Source: Oikopleura dioica (taxonomy: Eukaryota > Animalia > Chordata). From it: DNA of 64,000 nt. A program made the translations under genes and the position numbers. Positions 36,462 through 48,395 of this stretch are shown here, in pieces. The notes under the pieces are model-generated. The model did no database searches and had not been told where the DNA came from. It was given only the letters and a program-made list of their open reading frames with translations. The DNA lies in the NCBI GenBank assembly GCA_907165135.1, contig OU015566.1, forward strand, positions 4,588,001 to 4,652,000, written 5' to 3'. Within the stretch, counting starts at the first letter, position 1; the number at the start of each line of letters is the position of its first letter.

Positions 36462-38647
36462 TTAAGAAAAATCGTAAGAACTCGTGTTCTTGTTCGGTTT
36501 CTTTGCGATTTTCGGCTTTGGCTTCGGACTGGGAGTTACGATTGCACTGGAAATTTGCGGCGGTAGAGGCGGGAATGTGGGTTTTGGAGGGGCGGGCCAC
36601 TGAAAGGCGTTCGAAACAGCGGGAGCGGACGGGACAGGAGGAGCAGGGCGAGAGGGACGACCAGATTGATAGTTGATTTGAGCTTCTGATCGATTTGTTT
36701 GTTGGAAAGGCGTGGAACTGAACGCGATGAATGAAGAATGAAAATGTTTCATGGAAAGTACCTTGTTTCTTTGTCACTCTTTCGGAAGAATTTCAAGTAG
36801 ACGAAGACGCCAAGCGCGAGGATAATCAAGAAAATCGCGGCGCCGAAGCAGAACCAAAGAATGAATTTCCACTTGCAAAACTCTTTCTCTTCGCAATTTT
36901 CCCCGGTATAGCCGCATTCGCAGGAGCATTTATTATTTGTCAACGGCTCTCCCCTGAAGAAGGAATGAATAATATAAGTAGAATTGTAACTGATAACGGT
37001 CAGCTATCAAAACTCGTTTCATTATGTTACATAAAATGTTACATAATTTATGTACCTTGATGAGCAGACATCTTCTGGAATGTAAAACATGCATTTCGGA
37101 CTAAATCCATCGAAAACGCAAATCGTCTCGTCGTGGCAAGTTTGATCGCAAAAATCATCTTCGTATCCTTCTGGAAGCTCGACATCCTCGTCTTCTATCT
37201 TTCGCTCTTTTTTGCACTCGCCTTCGTAGCAATACTAAAACTCTCAAGACTAATTCTTCTTCGTTTTTCTTTACCTTTTTTCTTCCGCATTCGTATCCAT
37301 TTCTGAAAAAAGTCGCGACGGGGCAGTAAGAATCCTTTCCAGAGCAGTAGAGATCTGGCTCGCAGGAATTCGTACTTTCCCGGCAGAGAGAAGAGGATTT
37401 CTTGTACTCGCATGTTTCAAGATCACAGCATTGACCATCGGTACACTCAGCAGAGAGAGGTTTCCGGCAGGAGTCGCAACAAGGACAGATTGGCTAGGAA
37501 AAGTGGACATTCGCGAGATCAATGCCTAGTCGATTAAAAATACCTGTCCGCAGTCGCAGTCTTCTCCTTCCTCGACCACGCCGTTTCCGCAAACCGGTTC
37601 GCCAAACACTTTTTCTGGCTTTTCAAACAAGCTTTCGACCCTGTTCAAGTTCTCCCTCGCGTATTTCTTCGCATATTCGGACCATTCGTAGTCGCTTTTG
37701 CTTCCATGAACAGCACTCATGATGCACCCCGCCGGATCGTTGCAAGTTCCCGCGTGTTGCCGATCGTCTTCGTGACTCAGTCCCAAAATGTGGCCGATTT
37801 CGTGAGTCGCCGTTAGCGCAATGGACTGATAGTTTCTGCATGAGTCGATGATGCCGGCCATGCTGGTTCTTCCAAGAACATTTCCAACTGTGCCAGTGTA
37901 GGCGTATCCGACAACCATGGGTTGGAAGAACTTTGTGTTGATGAAACCGACGATGGCATCGTATTTTTGAGGAAATGATTCGTACAATTCGCGCCTAGGA
38001 AGATAATCAGTATGAAAATTCTTGAGCTAAATTCGAGAAGCTGCGATTCATATTTTCTTCTTTCTTCGAAATCGGATGCGAACTTACCTTTGAAAAGAAT
38101 TGAAATCGTTCAATGATTTCTCCGCGCTCCATTTCGTCAAAATCCGCTCCGCTTCTTCGCTCGACAAAAACTTGATGTCCAACAAGTGAAAGTCCAGATT
38201 CAACTCTTTGAAGTCCCGTCGCATTTCGTCCCTCACGATCGTGTTGAAAATCTTCGCGATCTTTTTTCGCCCTTCTTTGAGATCCTCCATCTTGTGTTTT
38301 CGCATGTGGTACTCGACGACATCGTCGAAAATGACGAACGCGACTTTTAGGTGCAAATTTTCGCCGAAACCGGTTCGAACTTTTTTCGTTACGGGAAAAA
38401 CTGATTCTTCTCCAGCCGGATTGAGGTATTTTTCAGGGCCAAGTTGGGTCCAGATTAAGTTTTTGGCGAAGCCAGAGATCGTGAAGTTCGACAAAAATCC
38501 GTCGATAGAAGAATCCTCGAGCAAAATGAAGAGTTTCCCATTTGGTGAGCTATATTTACAGTAGAAATCGGTTTCGGCAGATTTTTGGAAGGTTTGAAGC
38601 TCATCGAAGGGCGTTGAAAGACTAAAAATACGATAAGAGAATGTCAC
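36462..38647 (-). CDS. ADAM: ADAM-family metalloprotease (reprolysin, disintegrin, EGF, TM, Pro-rich tail)
   Basis: HEIGHILGLSHED zinc motif, CIM Met-turn, CGNGVVEEGEDCDCG, CECGYTGENC followed by a TM. The start is uncertain. Confidence 0.9.
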
Positions 38648-38967
38648 ATTCGGAATGTTGTTTTAACAACTTGAAGAAAAAGCCTTTTTTGTTTATTTTG
38701 AAAAAGAGGAGGCAGAACCAACTGTGCGCTATAAGAGCTCAGCGGGGTACGTTTGCCTTGTAAAAATTATTATACTGGTGACTGAAGTGTCTTTTCGTAA
38801 AAAACTGAAGTCAGATTGAGAGTCACATGATTCGAATCGGCTTCATTTTATGGTGCTCATTAGGCCGATTCATCGAAAAAATATTTTGGTACTTATTCAT
38901 TTAACTGAAACTTTGTCAAATAGACTAAAAATCTACCATTCTTTTCTCGGGGCAAACGCTTGAAATA

Positions 38968-39400
38968 CCAGGGAGGGTCCTCTAAAATACGACCAAATCT
39001 TAGTCCAGGGGGTCCCTAAAATATTGTTAAATCGTTGGAAAAGCGTCCCCTAAAATATGATCAAATCGTGTTCTGGGGGTCCCCTAAAATATGCATCCAC
39101 AGTCACGGACACAGAAACTTACTTGGCGCTTCCGTGCTCTCGGATTTGCCCGTTGACGATTATATAAGCGAATTTTATAAGATTAGTAATGTTATATTAC
39201 TCATTCGTTGTCATCGAAATTGAATGTTCCAATCAGAATACATAACACGCTTTTCTCGTACGTGACCTTGAATTCATATTTTAGGGGACACCAAGAACAC
39301 GATTTGATCATATTTTAGGGGACGCTTTTCCAACGATTTAGCAATATTTTAGGGACCCCCTGGACTAAGATTTGGTCGTATTTTAGAGGACCATCCCTGG
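38968..39400. mobile_element. TA-flanked MITE with ~125-nt TIRs
   Basis: ta|ccagggagggtcctctaaaatacg ... cgtattttagaggaccatccctgg|ta. Confidence 0.8.
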
Positions 39401-40130
39401 TACTCGGTATAAAGAAAGACCATTTGAAAATTCTCAATCAATATCTCACCTGAAACTTTCAACACAGCCATTTTCAAAATCGCCTTCAATTTTCAAACTC
39501 GCTCCACTTTTCTCTGCCCTATTCAAATGAAGAAAACAAAGAATAAGAAACATCATCCTTTCTCTTCTCTCTTGTTACATTTCTATCGTCTTTGAAGCGT
39601 AATTCTTTTACGAGAGAAAACAAAAAAATCAGCCTCAGCAAATATACGTTGTAAAAGAGTAACACGCCCGCTTATTCATGGCTGGGACACAGTTTCATGA
39701 ATAGACTCTTTCAAGAATTACTCTAAATTACTACTAATTCGAGTTGAAAATTAGTCCTTTGAGAATTGAGCTGCGCTGACTCATTTTTAAAGAGTTGACC
39801 TTGAGGCAGCTCAGTAAAGGGATGAAAAACAAGCATTTTGTGGGCTCGGAAAGCTGTTTTTAAAACCTGAGTCAGGGTCTCGGAAGAGTTCAAATATATT
39901 ATAACACATTTTTCAGACCCTGACTCAGGTTTTCGAAGGAGGTATGTGAAGCTCAGGATCCTGACTCAGGGTGCCGAACTCAGATATTTTTACAGTATAA
40001 ATTGATTTATTAATTTGTCAGTTTTTGATCAAAGAACCATGAAAGAATGGGAATTTTTCTGGAAGTTGCGATATAAAATATTGAATAATTGAAGAGAAGA
40101 ATAGCAGCAGAGTCAGACAGAATGGAAATT

Positions 40131-40975
40131 TTATTCATATCCCATGAAGTGATTGATTCCGTGGACGATCGATGTTATCACTGGCATCCAGCAGACCATG
40201 AATCGACACCAGTCGAGAAAGCCAGAGTACATAACGTAAACTTTCTGAAGGAAAAATCCGTTACAGTCAGCTTCAAGGCGGAAAAGAATACGATTGATAG
40301 GAATAGAAATAGAACATAAATATAGATGATGATTAACCTCCCAAGGAGTGGAAGAAAACTGCTTCAAGTCGACTTTTTCTTTGCACATCGGGCAGGTTTG
40401 CTTCTTTCCGACGATTATCCAGCCGCGAATACAGTAGTCGTGGAAGGAGTGGCCACAAGCAAGCGTATGCTACAGTTTGAATGTTAGTAAAGAGTTGAAT
40501 AGACGTCCCCTTACCTGTTTCTCTGGGACGCCTTTTTCGTCGCATCCGATGTTCGTTTCTCCACAAACGCCGCAAGTGTCTTTATTCAAATGCTTCATCG
40601 GCATTCCCTCGTCCGTGACAAAGCCCATCGTTGAAGCCATTCTATCCGTGCAGTAGTCCGCCAGGTCTTTCGTGACAACTCCTAAATAAGCAATTCTTAA
40701 TAACGCCATAAGTCGTCAAAACTCACCGAAATAGACGCCATAGAAAAGCAAATTCAGCGTCATTTCCAGCCACGCTTCGGCGTGCATCAGCAGCCCTGGG
40801 AAGCCAAAAAACGCGATCAGGAAGCCGAGATACCCAGCAGTTCCAACTCCGTAGGTCAACTTGAAGACTTTGAGAAAATATCCGTAAACGACTCTTGGCG
40901 TCCATCTATCCAGCGGTTTTCTTGTCGCTTTTCTGGTCAAAAAGGTTAGTAGTAATAAAAAAGCCCATGTTTCCG
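40131..40975 (-). CDS. RNF121: RING finger protein 121/175 (5' part not found)
   Basis: RKATRKPL..TPRVVY, LLFYGVYFG, MASTMGF, CGVCG, FHDYCIRGW.IVGKKQTCPMCKEKVDLK and LDWCR..W.P match RNF121. Confidence 0.85.
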
Positions 40976-40977
40976 GA

Positions 40978-41076
40978 AAGGTCACCGGAAGTACTACACC
41001 GGAAGTACTGACTGATAAGCCGAAAGTGTGAAATTGATCAGTCAGTACTTCCGGTATAGTACTTCCGGTGACCTTT
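40978..41076. repeat. ~100-nt palindrome with four CCGGAAGT motifs
   Basis: aggtcaccggaagtactacaccggaagtactgactga ... tcagtcagtacttccggtatagtacttccggtgacct. Confidence 0.8.
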
Positions 41077-41329
41077 TCCTTTTTTATTGTTATCTCCAAA
41101 AACACCGCCTTCCACGCTCATTGGCTCTCGCGGTGAGTGCGCAATATTTTGAACTTCTCTCGCTCTCACCCCAAGGTCTCTAGAACTTTTGTTGATTCCG
41201 GCTCGCCTGTTAGAAAAAGGTAATTATGAATAAAGAGAATTTATCGAAGAAGCATTTTATAATATATTGTTATAATTCATCTGCCAAGATTAAAAATAAT
41301 TATTAAGTAAAGTTCAAAAATAAAAGTTA

Positions 41330-41412
41330 TTAGTACGCCTAACCGGCGGAAAATAGCGGTTAGTACGCCTAAATCGGCGGAACATCATGCCAGTACGCCT
41401 CATCGGCGGAAA
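41330..41412 (+). repeat. Three ~30-nt tandem units (agtacgcct..cggcggaa)
   Basis: Directly visible tandem array at the transition to the compositionally different right part of the window. Confidence 0.75.
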
Positions 41413-42039
41413 GCGCTTTTATTTTGTCATTTTTACTATTTGAGCCCGTTTTCACGGGGTTCAAGTTCTAAATCTTGGGCTGCTAAGCTTTTAAGTTTGG
41501 GGTGGTCTTTGACACGATACCCTGCCTCTCACGGTATTTATGACGGAACTTACTTGCTCATAGCTTTTATATGGTAGGATCCCCATATTCTGCATCTGAG
41601 TTTAATTTTTTTTTTCTTTGGCAGATGCTTATAATAATGTTCCTCGACGAAATGTTCAAAAAATATTCGCTTAAATAGATTTTTAGCCCAGATGCTGGGT
41701 ATATTATGAGCGATCATAATCCACTGGAGCATCTTAGCACCTTCTTGATTTCGAAACGAAAGTCAGTTCTCAAAGGCAAAAACTACAACGATTGTATGAA
41801 AGATATTGGCTCTACACTGGCCAAGAATTCTGGAAACTTTACAGCTTCATGAAACGACCGATCTTTAGGTAAGCCATTTCTTTTCGATTCAACTGACACA
41901 AATGATCGATTTAGATATTGGGAGAACTTCATCATGGTTGAAGAGCAATTTCGATGAACTCTGTGGAATCATTCTTTCGCCCCTTGTGATCAGGTATTCA
42001 TTCATCAGATGAATCAAGAGTTTTATTTAATCGATAGCT

Positions 42040-43550
42040 TTCTTCAAGAAAAATCAAGAAGATTTCGGACTCGCTTAGAAGAATTTTGAATTTCGGGAAT
42101 GGTGTAAACGGACCAGAAATACTTTTACATTGCAGCTTCGTCGTCGATCCAGACAAATGCAAAGAAAACATTGATTTATTACTAGGTCAAATTCAAGAGG
42201 TATTTATTTGCTTTGAATTCCTTTCTCTGACAGAATTTCAGCTAAATCCCCAACCAGCTCCTGATGCATGTTTCCTGCCAGTCGTTCAAGTCGCCGCTCA
42301 AGCTTTTGATTCCTGCCAACGCGCTGGTAAATTGTTCCTGTTCCACTCTTCGCTGCCCACTGTTGCCGCTCCCGGAAAATTGCAAAACAGAGATGACAGA
42401 AAACTCATAGGTGCGGTCTTTCTTGCTTCTTATTTATAAAAACAAGTTTATTAGCCACTGACAAGGAAAAGTTCCTCTTCCAAGCTGCTGACAAAATCTA
42501 CGAAAAGGTTGGAAAAGATCTCGTTAGGCAACTTCTGTGGAACTCTTCCTCTTCCCATCTCAGTATGTTGACGTTGCTTCTATTCAAGTCGCACTGCTGT
42601 ACACTTCTGTCGAAAGACGACTTAGAATTCACAATTTACAGGTTCCTTAACTGAATACGTTTCGTTTGTCAACTTTCCTAGCTCGGCGTAATCAGCCAAC
42701 TAGCGGACGTATACAAAGTTGCAGAAACAGATGCGATGATGAATTTCTTTTCCAAACTGGCGGTCAGAAGTTGCAGAGACACCTCGCCACAGAAGCTCAA
42801 AGAAGGTTAGCGGCCCATCCCGTTTCAATTTTCTAACAGAAAGTCTTTAGGAATAATTCAACGCTTTCCTATCGCTACCTATCGAAAACATTGCGCTGAT
42901 CCTAGCTCAATTGGCCAGTTGATTCTCCCTGAAAGACTAAAGGTAAGTTCCTGTCCTTCTTTACTGTCTTAAAAATCGAATCCTAGGTCATGCCAGCATA
43001 TATGAACTCTTTGTTATGCAACGACGACATTTTCCCCCATCACGAAACAAATACGGACGACTGGGCTTATCTCAGACAGAAAATCTTGCAGATGAATGTT
43101 CGAGCTTCTTGCGCATATTTCTATGCATGTGTTTATCCTATTCTTAATACTGCGTTGGATCCCGCACTTCCAAAACTTTCTTTGAGATGTTCTATCGAAA
43201 GATTCAAACAAGAACAGGTAATATTCACCCTTTAGCAATTTTTACGCTTTCTAGGTTTATGTTATTGAAAATGGACTTCAATTGTACATCTGGGTCGGCG
43301 AAAATGTCACTCCAAACGGCGTGCAATCAATTTGGGAAGTCAACTCTTCCCGACACTCTTTCAAAGCTAGAAACCGAGCAAAGACGTCAAAATAACAGAA
43401 TCGCGAATGCAAAGACTAATGGTTAGTTTTGAGTAAGAAATTTGCGCTAACCGATTTTGTAGAACGAAGACAGTAAAGGCGCTGGCACGACCTCCTACCT
43501 TCCCGTTCACGTACACAAAGAAATCCATCAGTTACTAACTGCGAACTAGA
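42040..43550 (+). pseudogene. SEC24: Decayed SEC24C/D-like COPII gene copy
   Basis: GKLFLFHSSLP..APGKLQNRDDRKLI, TDKEK, ELFLFPSQYVDVA joined directly to QVALLYTS..RRLRIHNL (an internal block is missing), VIENG..IWVG and HKEIHQLL*. Frameshifts are present and introns are retained. Confidence 0.8.
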
Positions 43551-44197
43551 ATTTTCTGAATCGTGCAGCCTACGTATGATCCTCCTTATTCTCTATCGCT
43601 GTTGTATCTAGGCAAAATTCATTATTTGAAATCTCGAGCTTGTTAAACCCCATTCTATTCTGTGCTTTTGTTCATCTCAAACTCGCGTGCAATATAACTT
43701 ATATTTCCAAAAGATATCTAGTATAAGTAAAAGTTACGACTGTAAAAATTGCCAAATTATTTCGTCGCCGGTGAGTTAATATATACGGTGTGTACCATTC
43801 TATTTTCAGTTTATGTATCTTCAACACAGCTGCTCGCATGATCTTTTAGACTTACCTAATACCGAAAGGAAACAAAAAGGCATGAAAAACGTACTTCGCT
43901 TTCTTTCTTTCCAAGTTCTAGCTTTGTAGTCTGACGCCTAAATAATTGAACTTCTAGCTTCTTGAGCGCAATTCAACTGTAAAAATTCCTTTCTATACCT
44001 TTATTTTTTAGGCATTGAAAAACGAATTCAGAAATACGCAAAAATCCTTTTCAAACTTTCATGATAATTTTCTTTTATTGGAACTCAGTTTATTAATAGA
44101 TACAGGCTATCGGGATCTCCTTGACGACAAAGAACAACTGCTTAAATCAGGCGCATACACAGAACAAGACCAAGTCATCCAAGAAAACTCCCTCATC

Positions 44198-45874
44198 ATG
44201 CCTTCAAAGTGGCAAAATTTAAACAAGACGAGACTGCAAAAAGAGTGCAAGGACCGCGGGCTTTCAGTCGCTGGCAAAAAACAGGATCTCCTGTCAAGGC
44301 TTTTGAAACATCATGAAAATGATGAAATAAAAGTCAAGAGGTCATCCAAAGGCGCGTTTATGAAACGGCTAAGTGGATGCGACACCGAAGAGATTACTCC
44401 TGTGATGATATGTTATGCGCAGCTCCCCGAGATCAACCGACATTTATCTATAACGCCCAGCACTTTTGTATGCGTTATACATTTGACGTGTGCAGAAGAT
44501 GGCAGTGACGTGCAGACTGACTTTATGATTGAAAGAGCCGACCTTTGGGATACCCGAAACTACTATCACTCACGAAGGCACTTCACCAGCCTCAAGACAG
44601 CCCCACAAATCAGAGCACGGGTGTTCCCTGTTGCGTATTATCGATCAGTTACGATGAACGAGGAAACGCGTAATCATCGAATGACGAGAAAAAACACAAA
44701 GATACTCCGAAAATTCAAGCCTTTGCATATAAACGATCTGTTGTCACACTCTTTTTCGGTTTTGGGAAAAAGCAAAGAAGATCAAAAAATCAAGGAAATA
44801 TACGATTCACTACCGCCCGTGACCAACTCTCTCTTCTATAAACGATTAAATCGCTCGATGGAAGATTTTAATCATGCCTTCTCCGGCAATATTTTTTTTG
44901 CAGTTCTGATTTGTCTGTTGGTGATTTGCCGGGAATCGATGTATGACATTTAAATTGTTATAGCATTTTGATATATATTTTAGGAATTACAGGATTGTTT
45001 GTTCGACGAGGATGATCCATCTGAGGACGAGGGTGATGACGATGACGATCCATGGTACGTCCCGAGCGGCGCCTCTGATAATGACGAAGGTTTAGTTGAA
45101 ACTGTATTAGAATCGTTAGTAACATAATTTCAGATGGAAAAGGCGAGAAATCCGACACTCCATCAGGGGAGGAATCCGCTCAATCGACGGAGGAATCCGA
45201 CCCTCCATCGGAGGCGGAAGACTCCGATGCTCAATCGGAGGACGGCATTGAGCCGGAAAACGAAGAAGAGCCCGCTCCAAAAGTCGCAAAACCTTCCGTT
45301 GAAATCGAAACAGAAACTGAAAAGAAGGTATGAAAAGTTCTGGGTCCAATCTTGACTTGAGTAACAGTTTGAAAAGCCACAAAACTAGTATTTCCCGGAA
45401 AGCAGCTTTTTTTTTCTTGAAAAATACTAATTCAACTATTTAGGGAGGCGAGAATAAAAACGAGAGTTTAAATGCTACGAGTGCACCGATTCCTCTTGTT
45501 CTTCAAGCGCCAGCTGTTCCTTCTAAAACGAGTGAGCCCTCCAAACCATTGTCGAAAAAGGAGAGAAGAAAAAAGAGACGACGCGAGCAAAAGCCTCGAC
45601 TTCGCTCGACAACATCGAGAAAATATAATAAAAAAGGTTTGAAGTTTTCTTATTTCAATTCATTAATTCTGCTAATTAAGAGAACTCTGGCAACGACGCC
45701 GATTCTGAAGACGCTGACGATGTTCCTCCTCCAGCCCCCAAAATCGCCAACCTCGACTTCGACCCAAACGTCCCGGGGCCATCCCGGTTCATCAGAGCAT
45801 TCGTGGAAAAAGTAACGGGGCCATTCAAAAAACCGCAAAAAGGCTACGAAGAAGTTGGATCAGACAGTGATTAG
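44198..45874 (+). CDS. SAP-domain protein with a long acidic/basic low-complexity C-terminus
   Basis: LNKTRLQKECKDRGLSVAGKKQDLLSRL is a SAP motif. Open exon to ~44885, then acidic exons ending ..EEVGSDSD*. Confidence 0.7.
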
Positions 45875-46239
45875 GTCGCAGAAGAGCGCAATCACGGACA
45901 AATACGCTTTCTTTTCCGACCGATTCTTTTAGCTCGATCTTTTTGTAACCTCACTGCCCATTTATCGAAATAAATATAATGCACGACGGAAATAAAGAAG
46001 GAGCGAAAACTCCTTCCGACTGAGTTAGCATCAAATTGCCAGTTTTCAGAGCATCTACTCGTGAAGTTGATTAGTTAGGTTTGAAATGAAGTTGAAGCAT
46101 TTTGAAGAATTGAATTTTTATTTGAAAGAAGCGAAACGAGAGCTAAAAATGGTCTTTGAACACGCGAAAACTGTTTACGGTAATGTACCGAAAATATTAG
46201 GTCGAGCAAGAGACTCTCTTTGCCGAAAAATCGTCAAAA

Positions 46240-46395
46240 ACGAAGGCATGAGCTCGATTACGCAGAGAAAATCCGCGTGGTCGGGCTGGACTCGGAAGAG
46301 CCCTTCATCCAAGTCAACAACAATTTCTTCAAAAGAAACTACGAAAAGACGCTCGGGACGACGATCTTCTTCGACGGAAGGCGCAGAGCATAATC
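46240..46395 (+). pseudogene. GTF3C6: TFIIIC subunit 6-like fragment
   Basis: IRVVGLDSEEPFIQVNNNFFKRNYEKTLGTTIFFD resembles the conserved G-x-D-[TS]-E-x-P...YE-x-TLGT core; a stop follows shortly. Confidence 0.55.
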
Positions 46396-46544
46396 GGCCA
46401 GGAAATCGGAAAAACCAAAAGGAAACTACTGAAGAAAGTTCATTTGATCAAGAGGCGCGACTCCTTTCAGGAAGCAGGTTTGAGTCATTTTTGAAATTTT
46501 CGATTAGTAATTCTCAAAAGAGTGCGAAAAACGATGATTGATGC

Positions 46545-47445
46545 CCCATCATCAGCAAAAGAAAGAAGACGGTTTCTTCAAAAAAGCGCGAAAGAAGAAG
46601 TTTCCAATGTTTTCTTTCAACGAATGAAATGGGGCGAAATGATCAATCCAGACGACTACAAAACGCACGAGCTAATTCCTGAAAGTGATCCTTCAAATGA
46701 CGATTTAGCTGGAAAAGAACAGTCTGTTACTTTTGGCCGTCACAATCCTAAGAAAAAAGCTGAGGAAGAGGAAAAAATGCCGACAAAGTGTATCAAATCA
46801 CGAGAACAGGTTACTTTTCTCTATTTTTTCGTCCGGTCATTCAAAATTTCAGGTTTCAATTAGATGCAACTTCGAATTCATCGATTTTAAGTCGACGGCG
46901 AATCTTAACTTCACATCCTGTCGACTTTCAAGCCAAAAGAATTGATCCTTTTTCGCACGAAAGAAAAGTACAAGGACAAGCTCATCAAATAGAGAGTCCA
47001 GGAAATAAAAATTTATATGCAAGTGGTAAGTTCTTTCTTCTATCTGCCAGAATTTCATGGACACTTTTCTAGCATCACGAATTTATCGACGCGACAAAGG
47101 AAAGCTTCATCTACCAGCTGAAATCGAAGGATTCTCTTTTGAGCAACTTGAATTTTGTTCGTGTTGGAAGCAAAGATATCGAAGTCGCGAGAATTAGAGG
47201 AAGAGTGCCCGGTCGACTCGAGCTGCAGGAAGAGTCCGATGAGCCGAGAAAGCTGGAAATTGATGATATTCCAACTTTACAGGTAAAGAAAAGAGAAAAA
47301 TTGTCTGTTCTCAACTGTTTTTGTAGCCCGTTTCAAATACCTACTCGAGTGGGCACGATACTTTCTTCATAAAAGATACAAAGCTTACAGATCTCAAGTC
47401 AAAGCTAATCGTAATGGACATGCAAGCCGAGTTTATTTGTAAGAT
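46545..47445 (+). pseudogene. CPSF2: CPSF2/CPSF100 C-terminal-half fragment
   Basis: GFFKKARK..FPMF, (frameshift) KWGEMINPDDY, MPTKCI, FIDF, FIDATKESFIYQLK.KDSLLSNLNF, IPTL, and GHDTFFIKD.KLTDLK..L...MQAEF, then truncated. Confidence 0.8.
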
Positions 47446-47454
47446 GTGATCTTT

Positions 47455-47610
47455 ACAAGCCCACCGACGCTACTACCAATCCTTCACTTGTTCTCGCTGC
47501 AATGAAACTTGAAGATAATTTCTATGATAAGCACATCGAAGCCGCTGCCGAATACGCTAAGAAAGCCGAAGGAGACGACAAACTCGCCATTCCCGCTCTC
47601 GATCAGTGCT
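47455..47610 (+). pseudogene. TALDO1: Transaldolase N-terminal fragment
   Basis: YKPTDATTNPSLVLAA..Y..HIEAA..Y matches the transaldolase DATTNPSL signature; the rest of the gene is absent. Confidence 0.75.
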
Positions 47611-47639
47611 TGGCCACGTGGACGGTTACTATCCGGTCT

Positions 47640-48395
47640 TTCGAGGTTATCGAGTGAAAGTGGCTGATTTGAACACGCGCATCTCAAAGTACGAGCTAGA
47701 GAAGGAATTGGATCGCTATGGAAAGATTATTGATCTCATTCTCATCCGTCGCTGCCCAACCGTTTGCTTTATCGTCTACAAACACAGGTACAGTCTTAAA
47801 AAACCGTTTTGAAGTTAATTTTCTTGGTCTTGTCCCCTAAAACTCGCGTTTAGCAATGACGCAAGAAACGCTGCCAGAAAATTGCATAACCTTTCGATTT
47901 GGTCAACCCGTTTGCGCGCTGAACTGGCGAAACCGAGCGGCAAGTCGAGGTAAGGATTATTTTCTCGGCGGCAAAGCACCCAGAAATTAAAAGTGCAGGG
48001 GTGACGTTGATTTAAGAGTGAACGATTGCACGATCCTACGATTAGTTCACCACTTTACGAGAGCGATACTGTAGTCTCTGTCTGTCTAATTCGCCTTTTC
48101 GAAAACTCGCGCCAAATCGAAAAGCAGACACGCCACTTACGATTCTTAAAAGGGCGATACGAATTTACGAGAGAATTAGCAAGTGCCGAAAAGAGACGGT
48201 CACCGAAAGAGTCTCAAAAGTCGCCCAATTCACGAGTGTTCAATTATCTAATGGAAATTTTAGAGGACGTTCTCGCTCGCCACGGCGGAGACGATCTCGC
48301 TCTCCTCGGCGGCGGTCTTTTTCGGGGATCGAAGACGTCGACGCTCAAGATCACACTCTCGAAGACGGTCTGACTCACGGCGCCGCTCAAGATCG
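47640..48395 (+). pseudogene. SRSF3: SRSF3/SRSF7-like SR protein (RRM plus RS domain, frameshift in the RS domain)
   Basis: RVKVADL..SKYELEKEL.RYG...DARNAARKL..LRAELA, then GRSRSPRRRRSRSPRRRS and, in another frame, RRRRRSRSHSRRRS. Confidence 0.6.

Noticed and set aside
44105-44190. YRDLLDDKEQLLKSGAYTEQDQVIQE resembling the CEP120 C-terminus
   Set aside because: Only ~26 aa and recalled from memory; too short to call without a search.
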